This document shows positions 16,742 through 24,911 of a stretch of 64,000 nucleotides of DNA, in pieces. Location of the stretch: contig JAZKIU010000001.1 in the NCBI GenBank assembly GCA_040384705.1, forward strand, positions 405,847 through 469,846, given 5' to 3'. Position 1 is the first letter of the stretch; each line of letters opens with the position of its first letter. Origin of the DNA: Patescibacteria group bacterium. Lineage in GTDB: Bacteria; Patescibacteriota; Minisyncoccia; Phycocordibacterales; Phycocordibacteraceae. The notes beneath the pieces are model-generated. The model was not told where the DNA came from, ran no database searches, and was given only the letters and a program-made list of their open reading frames with translations. A program made the translations under genes and the position numbers.

Positions 16742-18661
16742 ATGACCGTTTCAGAAGTACGCAAGCGTTTCCTCGACTTCTATGCCGCTCGCGGGCATAC
16801 CGTCATCCCTTCTGCCCCTATCGTGCCCGGGAACGACCCGACCACGCTCTTCACGTCGTCCGGCATGCAGCCGCTCGTTCCGTACCTGCTCGGAAAGGAC
16901 CATCCGTCAGGTAACCGGCTGGTGAACTCGCAGATGAGCTTCCGTGCGGGCGATATAGAAGAAGTGGGGGATAACCGTCACACGACGTTCTTCGAGATGC
17001 TCGGGAACTGGTCGCTTGGCGACTATTTCAAGGCAGAGCAGCTTCCGTGGGTGTTCGAATACCTCACGAGCGAAAGCGAAGGCCTCGGCCTCGATCCCTC
17101 AAAGCTGTATGTCACGGTATTCGCGGGCGACGAGACGACGAAGATGGATGCGGACATGGAGGCAGTCGGCATATGGACCGAACTGTTCAAGAGCAAGGGC
17201 GTCCATGCGGAGTTCGCGAACATCGGCTCGGAAGCGGATGGATACGAGCATGGCATGAACGGCAACGAGCGCATCTTCGCGTATGACGCCAAGAAGAACT
17301 GGTGGAGCCGTGCGGGCGTGCCTTCCAATATGCCAGTGGGTGAGCCGGGCGGCCCCGATTCCGAGGTCTTCTATGACTTCGGCCTTCCGCATGACACGAA
17401 GTGGGGTCCTAAGTGCCACCCGAACTGCGATTGCGGCCGGTTCGTCGAGATAGGGAACTCGGTGTTCATGCAGTTCGTGAAGAGCGAGGATGGTAGCTTC
17501 CCCGAGCTCCCCAAGCGCAACGTCGACTTCGGCGGAGGTCTCGAGCGTCTTACCTTCGCAACCATCGGTATACCCGACGCCTTTCTTATAGACGTGTTCG
17601 CTGCTCCTCTTTCAATACTTGAGACGCGTTCAGGAAAGAAGTATGGAGATGATGAAGCGACTACCCGTGCCTTCCGCATCATCCTCGACCACATGCGCGC
17701 TGCAGCGTTCATGCTCGCGGAGAGCGTCGTTCCTTCGAACACCGAAGCGGGGTATGTGCTTCGCCGTCTCATCCGCCGCTCGATACGCGAAGCGGATAGG
17801 CTCGGCATCAAGGATGCGGTGCTTGCTGATGTGGCTAAGGGATACGGCGAGGTTTACGCCGACCACTATCCGCACGTGCTCGCGGCAGCTAGCAAGATCC
17901 ACGATGAGCTCGCGCAAGAGGAGGAACGTTTCCGTAAGACCCTTACGCAGGGGCTCAAGGAATTCGAGAAGCTCGCCGGCAAGCGCGAAGTGAGCGCCGA
18001 CGATGCCTTCGTCCTCTTTACTACCTACGGCTTCCCCATAGAGCTCACCGCGGAGCTTGCGCAGGAACGCGGTATCGCGCTCGATATGGATGCGGTCGGA
18101 GCGAAGATGAAAGAGCACCAGGATACCTCACGCGCAGGAGGCGCGCAGCGCTTCGCAGGAGGCCTAGCTGATCATGCGGAACAGACGGTGCGGTATCACA
18201 CGACGCACCACATCCTCCTTAAGGCGCTCCAGATGGTGCTCGGGACGGAGGTGAAGCAGAGGGGCTCCAATATCACTTCGGAGCGGTTGCGCATCGACTT
18301 CGCGTCGCCCGGGAAGATGACGGACGAGCAGAAGGCGGAAGTAGAGAAGATTGTGAACGACATCATCTATCAGGACCTTCCGGTGTCGCGCACCACGATG
18401 GCACGAGAGGAGGCGGAGAAGCTCGGTGCAGAGATGGAATTCGGCGTGAAGTATCCGGATATGGTGACGGTGTATTCAGTTGGACCGGCCACTGCTACTG
18501 AGGAGAACCCTGATATCCCGAACGCATTCTCGCTCGAGTTCTGCGGCGGTCCGCATGTGAACAATACGAGCGAGATACACGAAGGAGGAAAGAAGTTCAA
18601 GATACAGAAGGAAGAGGCGGTGGCGGCTGGTATTCGCCGTATAAAGGCGGTGTTGGTGTAG
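16742..18661 (+). CDS. alaS: alanyl-tRNA synthetase, short form lacking C-terminal C-Ala/DHHA1 domain
   Basis: Class II catalytic core and editing domain (HxxxH...CGGPH) present. Ends at GIRRIKAVLV, which corresponds to about residue 700 of E. coli AlaRS. The TAG stop at 18659-18661 is the first 3 nt of anchor repeat 2. Confidence 0.85.
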   Translation: MTVSEVRKRFLDFYAARGHTVIPSAPIVPGNDPTTLFTSSGMQPLVPYLLGKDHPSGNRLVNSQMSFRAGDIEEVGDNRHTTFFEMLGNWSLGDYFKAEQLPWVFEYLTSESEGLGLDPSKLYVTVFAGDETTKMDADMEAVGIWTELFKSKGVHAEFANIGSEADGYEHGMNGNERIFAYDAKKNWWSRAGVPSNMPVGEPGGPDSEVFYDFGLPHDTKWGPKCHPNCDCGRFVEIGNSVFMQFVKSEDGSFPELPKRNVDFGGGLERLTFATIGIPDAFLIDVFAAPLSILETRSGKKYGDDEATTRAFRIILDHMRAAAFMLAESVVPSNTEAGYVLRRLIRRSIREADRLGIKDAVLADVAKGYGEVYADHYPHVLAAASKIHDELAQEEERFRKTLTQGLKEFEKLAGKREVSADDAFVLFTTYGFPIELTAELAQERGIALDMDAVGAKMKEHQDTSRAGGAQRFAGGLADHAEQTVRYHTTHHILLKALQMVLGTEVKQRGSNITSERLRIDFASPGKMTDEQKAEVEKIVNDIIYQDLPVSRTTMAREEAEKLGAEMEFGVKYPDMVTVYSVGPATATEENPDIPNAFSLEFCGGPHVNNTSEIHEGGKKFKIQKEEAVAAGIRRIKAVLV

Positions 18662-18687
18662 GTTCGATACCTAGTCTGCCAGCCAAT
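18659..18687 (+). repeat. anchor repeat 2 (TAGGTTCGATACCTAGTCTGCCAGCCAAT)
   Basis: First 25 nt identical to 12723-12747. Overlaps the alaS stop codon. Upstream similarity extends about 8 more nt (TTGGYG.TAGG). Confidence 0.8.
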
Positions 18688-18910
18688 CAAAGTATGCAAA
18701 AAAAAGGCCGCTCACTGCCTTTCCAACCACGCTTACCACGGGTCAGTCGGCATAAAATCGGGCGTTGAGTACAAGAGACGATGCGCGCAAACGCCTCCCC
18801 GATGTGAGCGACCTAGAGCAAACTCCTTGCTTTGAAACCGAAGTCTCGCACTACGGACCCTGCTCCAAGGGTACCGGGAGCTGCATAAAGACTAGCCTAG
18901 TTCTAAAGAA

Positions 18911-18938
18911 GTTCCAACATCGTCTCAAACCCCAGTAA
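18911..18938 (+). repeat. cassette-boundary repeat copy G (GTTCCAACATCGTCTCAAACCCCAGTAAT)
   Basis: About 24/29 match to consensus. Confidence 0.7.
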
Positions 18939-18949
18939 TAAAACAAAAA

Positions 18950-18986
18950 GCCGCCCAACAAAGTCAGGCGACTTTCGTTAGGCGGC
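18950..18986 (-). terminator. long imperfect hairpin + T-run, terminator of minus small genes
   Basis: gccgcc caacaaagtc aggc gactttcgtt aggcggc. On the minus strand it is followed by ctttttgtttt. Confidence 0.5.
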
Positions 18987-18996
18987 AGGCTATTGT

Positions 18997-19197
18997 CTAG
19001 TTACCGCGATCGGGCTTCGTTCGCCAATCATCCTGATGGCGTGACATTTCGGCCGTGCGTTCACCGTGTCGTCTGCGCTGTTCATAGGAATCGTTGATTG
19101 TGTGATCGAACGCACCTTGTCGCGACATTTCCGCCATCTGTTCGCCGGCATGCTGTCTTGCGCGACGATCTTCTTCATCTCTCCAGTGTCGAGGCAT
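18997..19197 (-). CDS. hypothetical small highly charged protein (66 aa; alternative overlapping frame 18990..19178)
   Basis: Repeated AEMSR motif. Two overlapping frames, so which is real is unclear. Confidence 0.25.
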   Translation of the reverse strand: MPRHWRDEEDRRARQHAGEQMAEMSRQGAFDHTINDSYEQRRRHGERTAEMSRHQDDWRTKPDRGN

Positions 19198-19251
19198 TAC
19201 GTTTCTCCTTCGGGGTTCGAGTCTGGACAGAACCTATCACGATTGGATAAG

Positions 19252-19279
19252 GGTTCCAACATCGTCCCAGCCCCCAGTC
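19252..19279 (+). repeat. cassette-boundary repeat copy H (GGTTCCAACATCGTCCCAGCCCCCAGTCA)
   Basis: About 25/28 match. Followed by hairpin agccg..cggct + gtttt. Confidence 0.8.
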
Positions 19280-19296
19280 ACGCTCAGACAAAAAGA

Positions 19297-19320
19297 AGCC
19301 GCCCTGAGGACGGCTGTTTT
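19297..19320. terminator. hairpin with U-tracts on both strands (bidirectional terminator)
   Basis: agccg ccctgagga cggct gtttt on the plus strand. The minus strand has tctttttgtct after the stem. It lies 3' of minus gene 19340..19669. Confidence 0.5.
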
Positions 19321-19339
19321 GATCACGAGGGATCGAGTA

Positions 19340-19669
19340 TCAGGGCGGACTGAGGTGGGATTTCTCCCGGTAGTAGCGGGCCAGGGAAACTCCCTTCCAT
19401 CCGTACGGCGTGTAGCCGAGGAGATCGCCGATGGGGTAGTAGTGAAGGCTGCCGACGGGATAATCCACAAGGTAGGACTCTATTCCTTCCATGCAGTGCT
19501 CGACGATGTACCACACCCACCAGACGCGAACGACTTTGCCGTCGCGCTCGCCGAGAGCCCTGGGCATCCAGGCGAATTCATAGTTCTTGCCTCGTTCCAG
19601 CGGTTCGGCTGGGCGAGAGGGACGTATATTAATCTTCATCGTCACACTTCCTTTGTTCGATACCGCCAC
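19340..19669 (-). CDS. hypothetical protein (about 100 aa)
   Basis: ORF only. Confidence 0.35.
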   Translation of the reverse strand: MAVSNKGSVTMKINIRPSRPAEPLERGKNYEFAWMPRALGERDGKVVRVWWVWYIVEHCMEGIESYLVDYPVGSLHYYPIGDLLGYTPYGWKGVSLARYYREKSHLSPP

Positions 19670-19714
19670 GTCCTGTGGCAGAACTCTAGACAGAAGCTAG
19701 CATATGTTGCAGGG

Positions 19715-19745
19715 GGGTTCCAACATAGTCCCAAACTATCCACCA
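19715..19745 (+). repeat. cassette-boundary repeat copy I (degenerate: GGTTCCAACATAGTCCCAAACTATCCACCAT)
   Basis: First 20 nt near-consensus, 3' half diverged. 43 bp upstream of ORF 19788. Confidence 0.6.
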
Positions 19746-19787
19746 TAAAGTATGGAATCCCCAATTTGCTAATATGAGAATAAGCCC

Positions 19788-20078
19788 ATGCTTGATTTCA
19801 AATCCGCATATAATGACCTGCGCGAGAATCTTAAGACCCGGAAGCGGGTACTCATCGCGTGCATCGCTCTCGTGTTTCTAGCAGTTGCTGTGATTGGTCT
19901 ACTTATCCCCCTACTACCAACGAGCCTCATCGCCATACCAGGGCTCATTCTTCTCTCGCTCTATTCCCCGACGGTATATGCCTTTTTGAAGCAGAAGACG
20001 CAGAGTCACCCCAAGCTGCAGAGCAGGATGGATCGCATACGTAATGCTTTCATAAACTTCATTCACCCGTCTTCGTAG
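19788..20078 (+). CDS. YbaN/DUF454-family small inner-membrane protein
   Basis: IGLLIPLLPTSLIAIPGLILLSL matches the DUF454 signature (GxxLPLLPTTPFLLLA). Confidence 0.5.
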   Translation: MLDFKSAYNDLRENLKTRKRVLIACIALVFLAVAVIGLLIPLLPTSLIAIPGLILLSLYSPTVYAFLKQKTQSHPKLQSRMDRIRNAFINFIHPSS

Positions 20079-20348
20079 ATAGAAGTCGCGACGATCGTTA
20101 GAAACAGAAAACCGCCTAGCGGAGGTCTTCCTTCGCACGGAGCATACAAATTCCAACTCCTTGAGCTCCACTTGTGCCGCCGCCTCGCAGGTGTACGCTT
20201 GTTCTGGGTTGGTCTTCGGAGACGGAGCTTGGGTTATTCCCTTGGATGCCGAGCGATGGATCGTGCGATTATCGCTGCCTCGTTCACAAGCGGACTCTTG
20301 CTCCGTGTAAGCTCGGGGAGGAGCTGGCATCACCAACTCACTTCGTAG

Positions 20349-20372
20349 CCCGGACACGGTCCGGGTTTTTTG
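20349..20372 (+). terminator. intrinsic terminator/attenuator 18 bp upstream of PilM-like gene
   Basis: cccgga cacg gtccggg followed by tttttt. Confidence 0.55.
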
Positions 20373-20389
20373 CTTTATACTCAGAACGT

Positions 20390-21562
20390 ATGGGTTTCCT
20401 ATCATTCAATAAGAAGAACGCGCATAACGTCGTGCTCATCGACGTGAGCTCCGCTTCCGTGCGGGGCGCGTATGCTCGCATAGAGGAAGGGAAGCCGCCC
20501 ACCATCTGCTATACCGCGCACATTTCCATAGAACCGCAGACCGGTACCCCGGAAGTCGCAACACCGCTCGCAGGCGACATGCTCCGGGCCCTTGAGGAGC
20601 TCGTAGGGATACTGCAGAAGGAAGGGGCGGCTGCGCTTCGCGAGGCGACCGGCTCCGCGCACGTGAAGCATGTCTTCGTTTCCATAGGTGCGCCCTGGCA
20701 GGAGTCGAACGTGCGCGTGGAAAGCTTCGAGAAGGAGACCCCATTCGTATTCACGCGCGCGCTTCTTGAGGAGGCGACCAAGAGGAACGAGCTTCCCGAG
20801 GGCATGGTCGAGTCCAGCGAGGCGGTCATCGCCACCATCCTCAACGGATACGAGTCACGGCAGCCGCTCGGCAAGCGAGTGAAGCATGCCGATCTCGTCA
20901 TACTGTCCTCCATGCTGAACGAGGAAGTGATGCGCTCGGTGGAGAAGACGCTCCGTCACGCATACCATACGCATGAGGTGACCATCGCCGCGTTCGCTCC
21001 TGTGGCGTTCGAGATATTGCGTGACCAATACCCGCACCAGAAGGACTTTCTCATCCTCGACGTGGCGGGGACGGCGACCGATATCGCGGTCGTGAAGGGC
21101 GGGCTCCTGGTGGACGTGAAGACCATCGGAAACGGCGTCCATGACCTATTGCGCGCTGCCCGCACTTCAGGAGTCACCGGTACGGGCCTTACCGGCCTCG
21201 GCGATGGGGCGGGCGGCATCATCGATCCGGCGAGGAACGCGCAGTTTGCAAGCAAGGTGACGGAGGTCCAGGCGCTCTGGCTCGAGAACCTGCGGGCGGT
21301 ACTGTCCGACTTCTCGGGGCGGCACCCGCTCCCGCGCACCATATTCCTGCTCGCTGACACCGAGACCCGCGACTTCCTTAAGCGCCTGCTCGATACCGAT
21401 ACGCTCCGCTCGCTGTGGTTATCTGATGTCCCGTTCTCAATCATCCCCGTGCTCGCGGAGCAATTCGCGGGACCGGTCGTGACCAAGCCGCCCGCAGGAG
21501 GGGACGCGTATATCGCCATGCTCGCCCTGTATTACGTGAAGCGAGTGGCTCATTCAGCTTAA
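20390..21562 (+). CDS. actin-like ATPase, PilM/FtsA-like (putative type IV pilus assembly protein)
   Basis: N-terminal VVLIDVSSASVRGAY (phosphate-1-like). LILDVAGTATDIAVV (phosphate-2-like). Confidence 0.45.
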   Translation: MGFLSFNKKNAHNVVLIDVSSASVRGAYARIEEGKPPTICYTAHISIEPQTGTPEVATPLAGDMLRALEELVGILQKEGAAALREATGSAHVKHVFVSIGAPWQESNVRVESFEKETPFVFTRALLEEATKRNELPEGMVESSEAVIATILNGYESRQPLGKRVKHADLVILSSMLNEEVMRSVEKTLRHAYHTHEVTIAAFAPVAFEILRDQYPHQKDFLILDVAGTATDIAVVKGGLLVDVKTIGNGVHDLLRAARTSGVTGTGLTGLGDGAGGIIDPARNAQFASKVTEVQALWLENLRAVLSDFSGRHPLPRTIFLLADTETRDFLKRLLDTDTLRSLWLSDVPFSIIPVLAEQFAGPVVTKPPAGGDAYIAMLALYYVKRVAHSA

Positions 21563-21657
21563 TATCCTATCCACAGAACCCTCGGGGCGCTTTGCCCGGG
21601 CCCTGCGCGCTCTGTATACTTGGGAACATATCCCTTTCGGCTATTTAGACGCGCTTT

Positions 21658-22956
21658 ATGCAAAAAAACCTCAACGACATCATCCCGCCCTCACGACGCC
21701 GCGCGATGATGGGTGAAGACTCAGGAGCAGTTCCTGTTACGCTCACGCCGGACCTTCCACCACCCCCTCCTCGGATGGACTCTACCCCTCCCCAGATGCC
21801 GCGCAGGCCCGACCCTATTCGTACGCCTCGCCGCTTCCCGATGGGCACGCTCGTCATCGCGCTCCTGGTCATCGCAGGCTCGGTAGGCGCGCTCTTCGTG
21901 TTCTCGGGAGCAAGGGTCGAAGTAACCCCAACGGCGAATCCGGTCAGCGTCACCGGCACGTTCGCTTCTACTCTTGGTACGGGCGACCTCCCATTCGATA
22001 TCGTCACGGTCGAGAAGACCGCGACCGCGTCCATCGCTGCCGAGAGCACCGAGAATGTGACCCAGGCAGCCCAGGGCACCATCGTCGTATCGAACACCCA
22101 GGACGCTCCCCAGGCTCTCATCAAGAACACCCGCTTCGAGACCGAGGGCGGGCTTATCTTCCGTATCCGGGACTCCATAACGGTACCGAAGGCCGCTAAC
22201 GGCCAGCCAGGGACCCTTACGGTCACCGTATACGCAGATGAGGCAGGGGAGCGGTACAACGTACCCGCTACCTCCTTCACCCTTCCGGGCCTTGCCGGCA
22301 CTGATACCTTCACCAAGGTGACCGCACGCTCCGCTGACGCTATGCGCGGTGGGTTCTCGGGCGCGCGCCCTACCGTGTCGGACGCTACCAAGGAGGCGGA
22401 GTATGCGAAGCTCCAGGCTACGCTCGATACCGAGCTCAAGGCCGCAATTGCTGCCGAAGTCGCGAAGCGCCCTGGCTTCGTGCTGGTGCCGGGAGCTACC
22501 GCTTCCACGTTCGAAGAGCAGCCTGACACCGCAGGAGCGGGCAACACGGTCGAGATAGGGAACAAGGGCTCGATACGCGGGGTCATCTTCCCCGAGGAAG
22601 CGCTCGCACGCACCATCGCGTACCAGTCGGTCGGTACCTATTCAGGCCAGCCGCTCAAGTTCAAGGATCTCGCGGGTCTCGCACTCGCTCCAGCCGAAGG
22701 ACTCATCCCAACGGTAGGCGAGGAGACCTTCTCCTTCACCCTTACGGGCAACACCACCCTCGTGTGGAAGGTTGATACGAGCAAAATAGCGGGTGCGGTG
22801 GCCGGAAAGACCCGGGACGCAGCCGAGGTAATGCTTCAGGGATTCCCCGAGGTAGATAGCGCTCTGCTCGTACTTAAGCCGTTCTGGGTAGGTTCATTCC
22901 CCCAGGATCCGGAGAAGATAACGGTCACGGTGGCGGGTGAAGAGGAGGTTAAATAG
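21658..22956 (+). CDS. hypothetical single-pass membrane protein with Pro-rich cytoplasmic N-terminus
   Basis: TM helix LVIALLVIAGSVGALFVF. No known domain. Confidence 0.5.
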   Translation: MQKNLNDIIPPSRRRAMMGEDSGAVPVTLTPDLPPPPPRMDSTPPQMPRRPDPIRTPRRFPMGTLVIALLVIAGSVGALFVFSGARVEVTPTANPVSVTGTFASTLGTGDLPFDIVTVEKTATASIAAESTENVTQAAQGTIVVSNTQDAPQALIKNTRFETEGGLIFRIRDSITVPKAANGQPGTLTVTVYADEAGERYNVPATSFTLPGLAGTDTFTKVTARSADAMRGGFSGARPTVSDATKEAEYAKLQATLDTELKAAIAAEVAKRPGFVLVPGATASTFEEQPDTAGAGNTVEIGNKGSIRGVIFPEEALARTIAYQSVGTYSGQPLKFKDLAGLALAPAEGLIPTVGEETFSFTLTGNTTLVWKVDTSKIAGAVAGKTRDAAEVMLQGFPEVDSALLVLKPFWVGSFPQDPEKITVTVAGEEEVK

Positions 22957-23039
22957 GCTTCCGGGCCGCAGCTATGCCCTCAAATTGCGGAGGGTAGTTG
23001 ACGCTGATTACTAATATTGTTAATGTAGCTAGGCATCAC

Positions 23040-23258
23040 ATGGCAGAAGGAAAAGGGGTAGATACAGTAACCGGCACCGTTGAAGAGGTGCTTCCTAATT
23101 CGTTATTTCGAGTAAGGATGCCGACCGGAGAACTACTACTCGCATACCTCGCCGGTAAAATGCGGTTGCACCGTATCCGCGTGCTCGTTGGTGACCAGGT
23201 CGAACTGGTCACTGACCCGTATGGGGGACGTGCCCGTATCGTGAGGCGTTTGTCGTAA
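23040..23258 (+). CDS. infA: translation initiation factor IF-1
   Basis: TGTVEEVLPNSLFRVRMPTGELLLAYLAGKMR matches the IF-1 S1-like fold consensus. Confidence 0.9.
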   Translation: MAEGKGVDTVTGTVEEVLPNSLFRVRMPTGELLLAYLAGKMRLHRIRVLVGDQVELVTDPYGGRARIVRRLS

Positions 23259-23264
23259 CAAAAA

Positions 23265-23381
23265 ATGAAAGTCCGCGCATCAATCAAGGTCCAGCAGCCT
23301 GGAGATATCATCGTCCGCCGTCGCGGACGCTTGTACCGTATCAACAAGCGCAATCCACGTCGCAAGGCTCGTCAGGGGTAA
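23265..23381 (+). CDS. rpmJ: ribosomal protein L36, cysteine-less (non-zinc) form
   Basis: 38 aa, MKVRASIKV...[21 protein letters not shown]. Position is between infA and rpsM. None of the 4 Zn ligands are present. Confidence 0.75.
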   Translation: MKVRASIKVQQPGDIIVRRRGRLYRINKRNPRRKARQG

Positions 23382-23412
23382 TTTCAGTATTTAAACTTTC
23401 CATTTCATTCCT

Positions 23413-23793
23413 ATGCGTATCGCCGGTGTAACACTTCCTGATGACAAGCAGCTGCTCTATGCGCTGCCGCTTATCTATGGCATCGGCCCAGCTCGCTCAC
23501 GCGACATTTTGAAGGAGGCAGGCATCGCGGAGAACGCGAAGGGTAAGGATCTTTCCGCCGACGAGGAGCAGAAGATCCGTCTTCTTGCAGAAGCCTTCAC
23601 CATCGAAGGTGAGCTCCGTCGCCAGGTCGGCACCGACATCAAGCGCTTGAAGGATATCCGTTCCGCACGTGGCATCCGTCATGAGCGCCGTCTCCCGGTC
23701 CGCAACCAGCGTACCAAGACCAACTCCCGCACCGTCCGTGGGAACACCCGTAAGACTATGGGTTCTGGTCGCCGTACGCTCGAGAAGACCTAA
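23413..23793 (+). CDS. rpsM: ribosomal protein S13
   Basis: MRIAGV.LP..K....AL..IYGIG consensus. Confidence 0.95.
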   Translation: MRIAGVTLPDDKQLLYALPLIYGIGPARSRDILKEAGIAENAKGKDLSADEEQKIRLLAEAFTIEGELRRQVGTDIKRLKDIRSARGIRHERRLPVRNQRTKTNSRTVRGNTRKTMGSGRRTLEKT

Positions 23794-23817
23794 TCCTGTC
23801 TACTTCACTAAATTCCT

Positions 23818-24252
23818 ATGGGTAAGAAACGTATCATCAAGAAGTCGGGTAGGGGCATGGACCAGGGCCGCAAGGAGCGCGCTCTCGGCAAGTCCGTCAA
23901 GAAGCGCCTCGAGCGCGGTGTGCTCCATGTCGAGGCTACTTTCAACAACACCAAGGCAGTGCTCACCGACGAGAAGGGCAACACCTTCATTACCTCGTCC
24001 GCAGGCGCGCTCGGCTTCTCCGGCGCCCGCAAGTCCACTCCTTACGCAGCCGCTAAGGTGGGCGAGCTCATCGGAGAGCGCGCTGTCGCCATTGGCCTTA
24101 AGGAGGCATCCGTTGTTATTCGTGGTATCGGCGCCGGACGCGAGAGCGCACTCCGCGCATTCGCCGGCAAGGGCATCGCTATCCGCGCTATCAAGGACGC
24201 AACGCCGGTGCCGCACAACGGCCCGCGCCCTAAGAAGGCACGTCGCGTCTAA
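23818..24252 (+). CDS. rpsK: ribosomal protein S11
   Basis: Sequence and position. Confidence 0.95.
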   Translation: MGKKRIIKKSGRGMDQGRKERALGKSVKKRLERGVLHVEATFNNTKAVLTDEKGNTFITSSAGALGFSGARKSTPYAAAKVGELIGERAVAIGLKEASVVIRGIGAGRESALRAFAGKGIAIRAIKDATPVPHNGPRPKKARRV

Positions 24253-24258
24253 ACCAGT

Positions 24259-24876
24259 ATGAAACTAGGACCAAAATACAAAATCGCTAAGCGCCTCGGT
24301 GCTTCCGTATTCCCGAAGACCCAGACGCAGAAATTCGCGCTCGCGGAGGAGCGTGCCGCCATGAACAAGAAGCGTGGCCGCCGCAACAACCAGACCGAGT
24401 TCGGCAAGCAGCTCCTCGAGAAGCAGAAGGTACGTATGACGTACGGCATCAGCGAGCGCCAGTTCTCCAACTACGTCGCGCAGGCGACCTCAACGCACGG
24501 CGTCGTGCCATCCGAATTGCTCCACCGCCTCCTCGAGCTCCGTCTTGATAACGTGGTGTACCGCCTCGGGCTTGCTCCGAGCCGCCGTGCCGCTCGCCAG
24601 ATGACGTCGCACGGGCACATCACCGTGAACGGCGTGAAGACCACCATCCCTTCGAGGATGATGCGTCCTGGCGACAAGATAGCCGTCCGTGAGGGTTCAA
24701 AGTCAGCGGTGCTCTTCGAGAACTTCGCGGAGAAGTTCGCAGAGCGTCCGACCCTTTCGTCGTGGCTCATGTGGGATCCTAAGAAGATGGAAGGCGGCAT
24801 CAACGAACTGCCGACCGAAGCTTCGGCGGAGACCGCAGGGGACCTGGTCGCGGTGCTCTCGTTCTACAGCCGATAG
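24259..24876 (+). CDS. rpsD: ribosomal protein S4
   Basis: Sequence. S4 domain LDNVVYRLGLA. Confidence 0.95.
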   Translation: MKLGPKYKIAKRLGASVFPKTQTQKFALAEERAAMNKKRGRRNNQTEFGKQLLEKQKVRMTYGISERQFSNYVAQATSTHGVVPSELLHRLLELRLDNVVYRLGLAPSRRAARQMTSHGHITVNGVKTTIPSRMMRPGDKIAVREGSKSAVLFENFAEKFAERPTLSSWLMWDPKKMEGGINELPTEASAETAGDLVAVLSFYSR

Positions 24877-24911
24877 TTCGTTTTATTACCCATTGGTTAA
24901 TCGATTGCGTC

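Noticed and set aside
18600-18690. Complete tRNA or permuted tmRNA at the alaS 3' end (T-loop GGTTCGATACC + acceptor-like + CCA)
   Set aside because: Only about 65 nt can be threaded onto a cloverleaf. There is no D-arm and no good 5' acceptor strand (best tggcggc versus required tggcaga). The same 25-mer occurs at ung without CCA. Treated as a tRNA-3'-half-like repeat, not a gene.
228-19745. The repeat family considered as a CRISPR array
   Set aside because: Spacing is irregular (300-2000 bp). The intervals contain full genes with their own terminators. Repeats are not palindromic. No cas genes are present apart from an isolated Cas4-like nuclease 1 kb upstream of the first anchor.
21645-22616. 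323-aa minus ORF opposite 21658..22956
   Set aside because: Ser/Ala/Val low-complexity shadow ORF.
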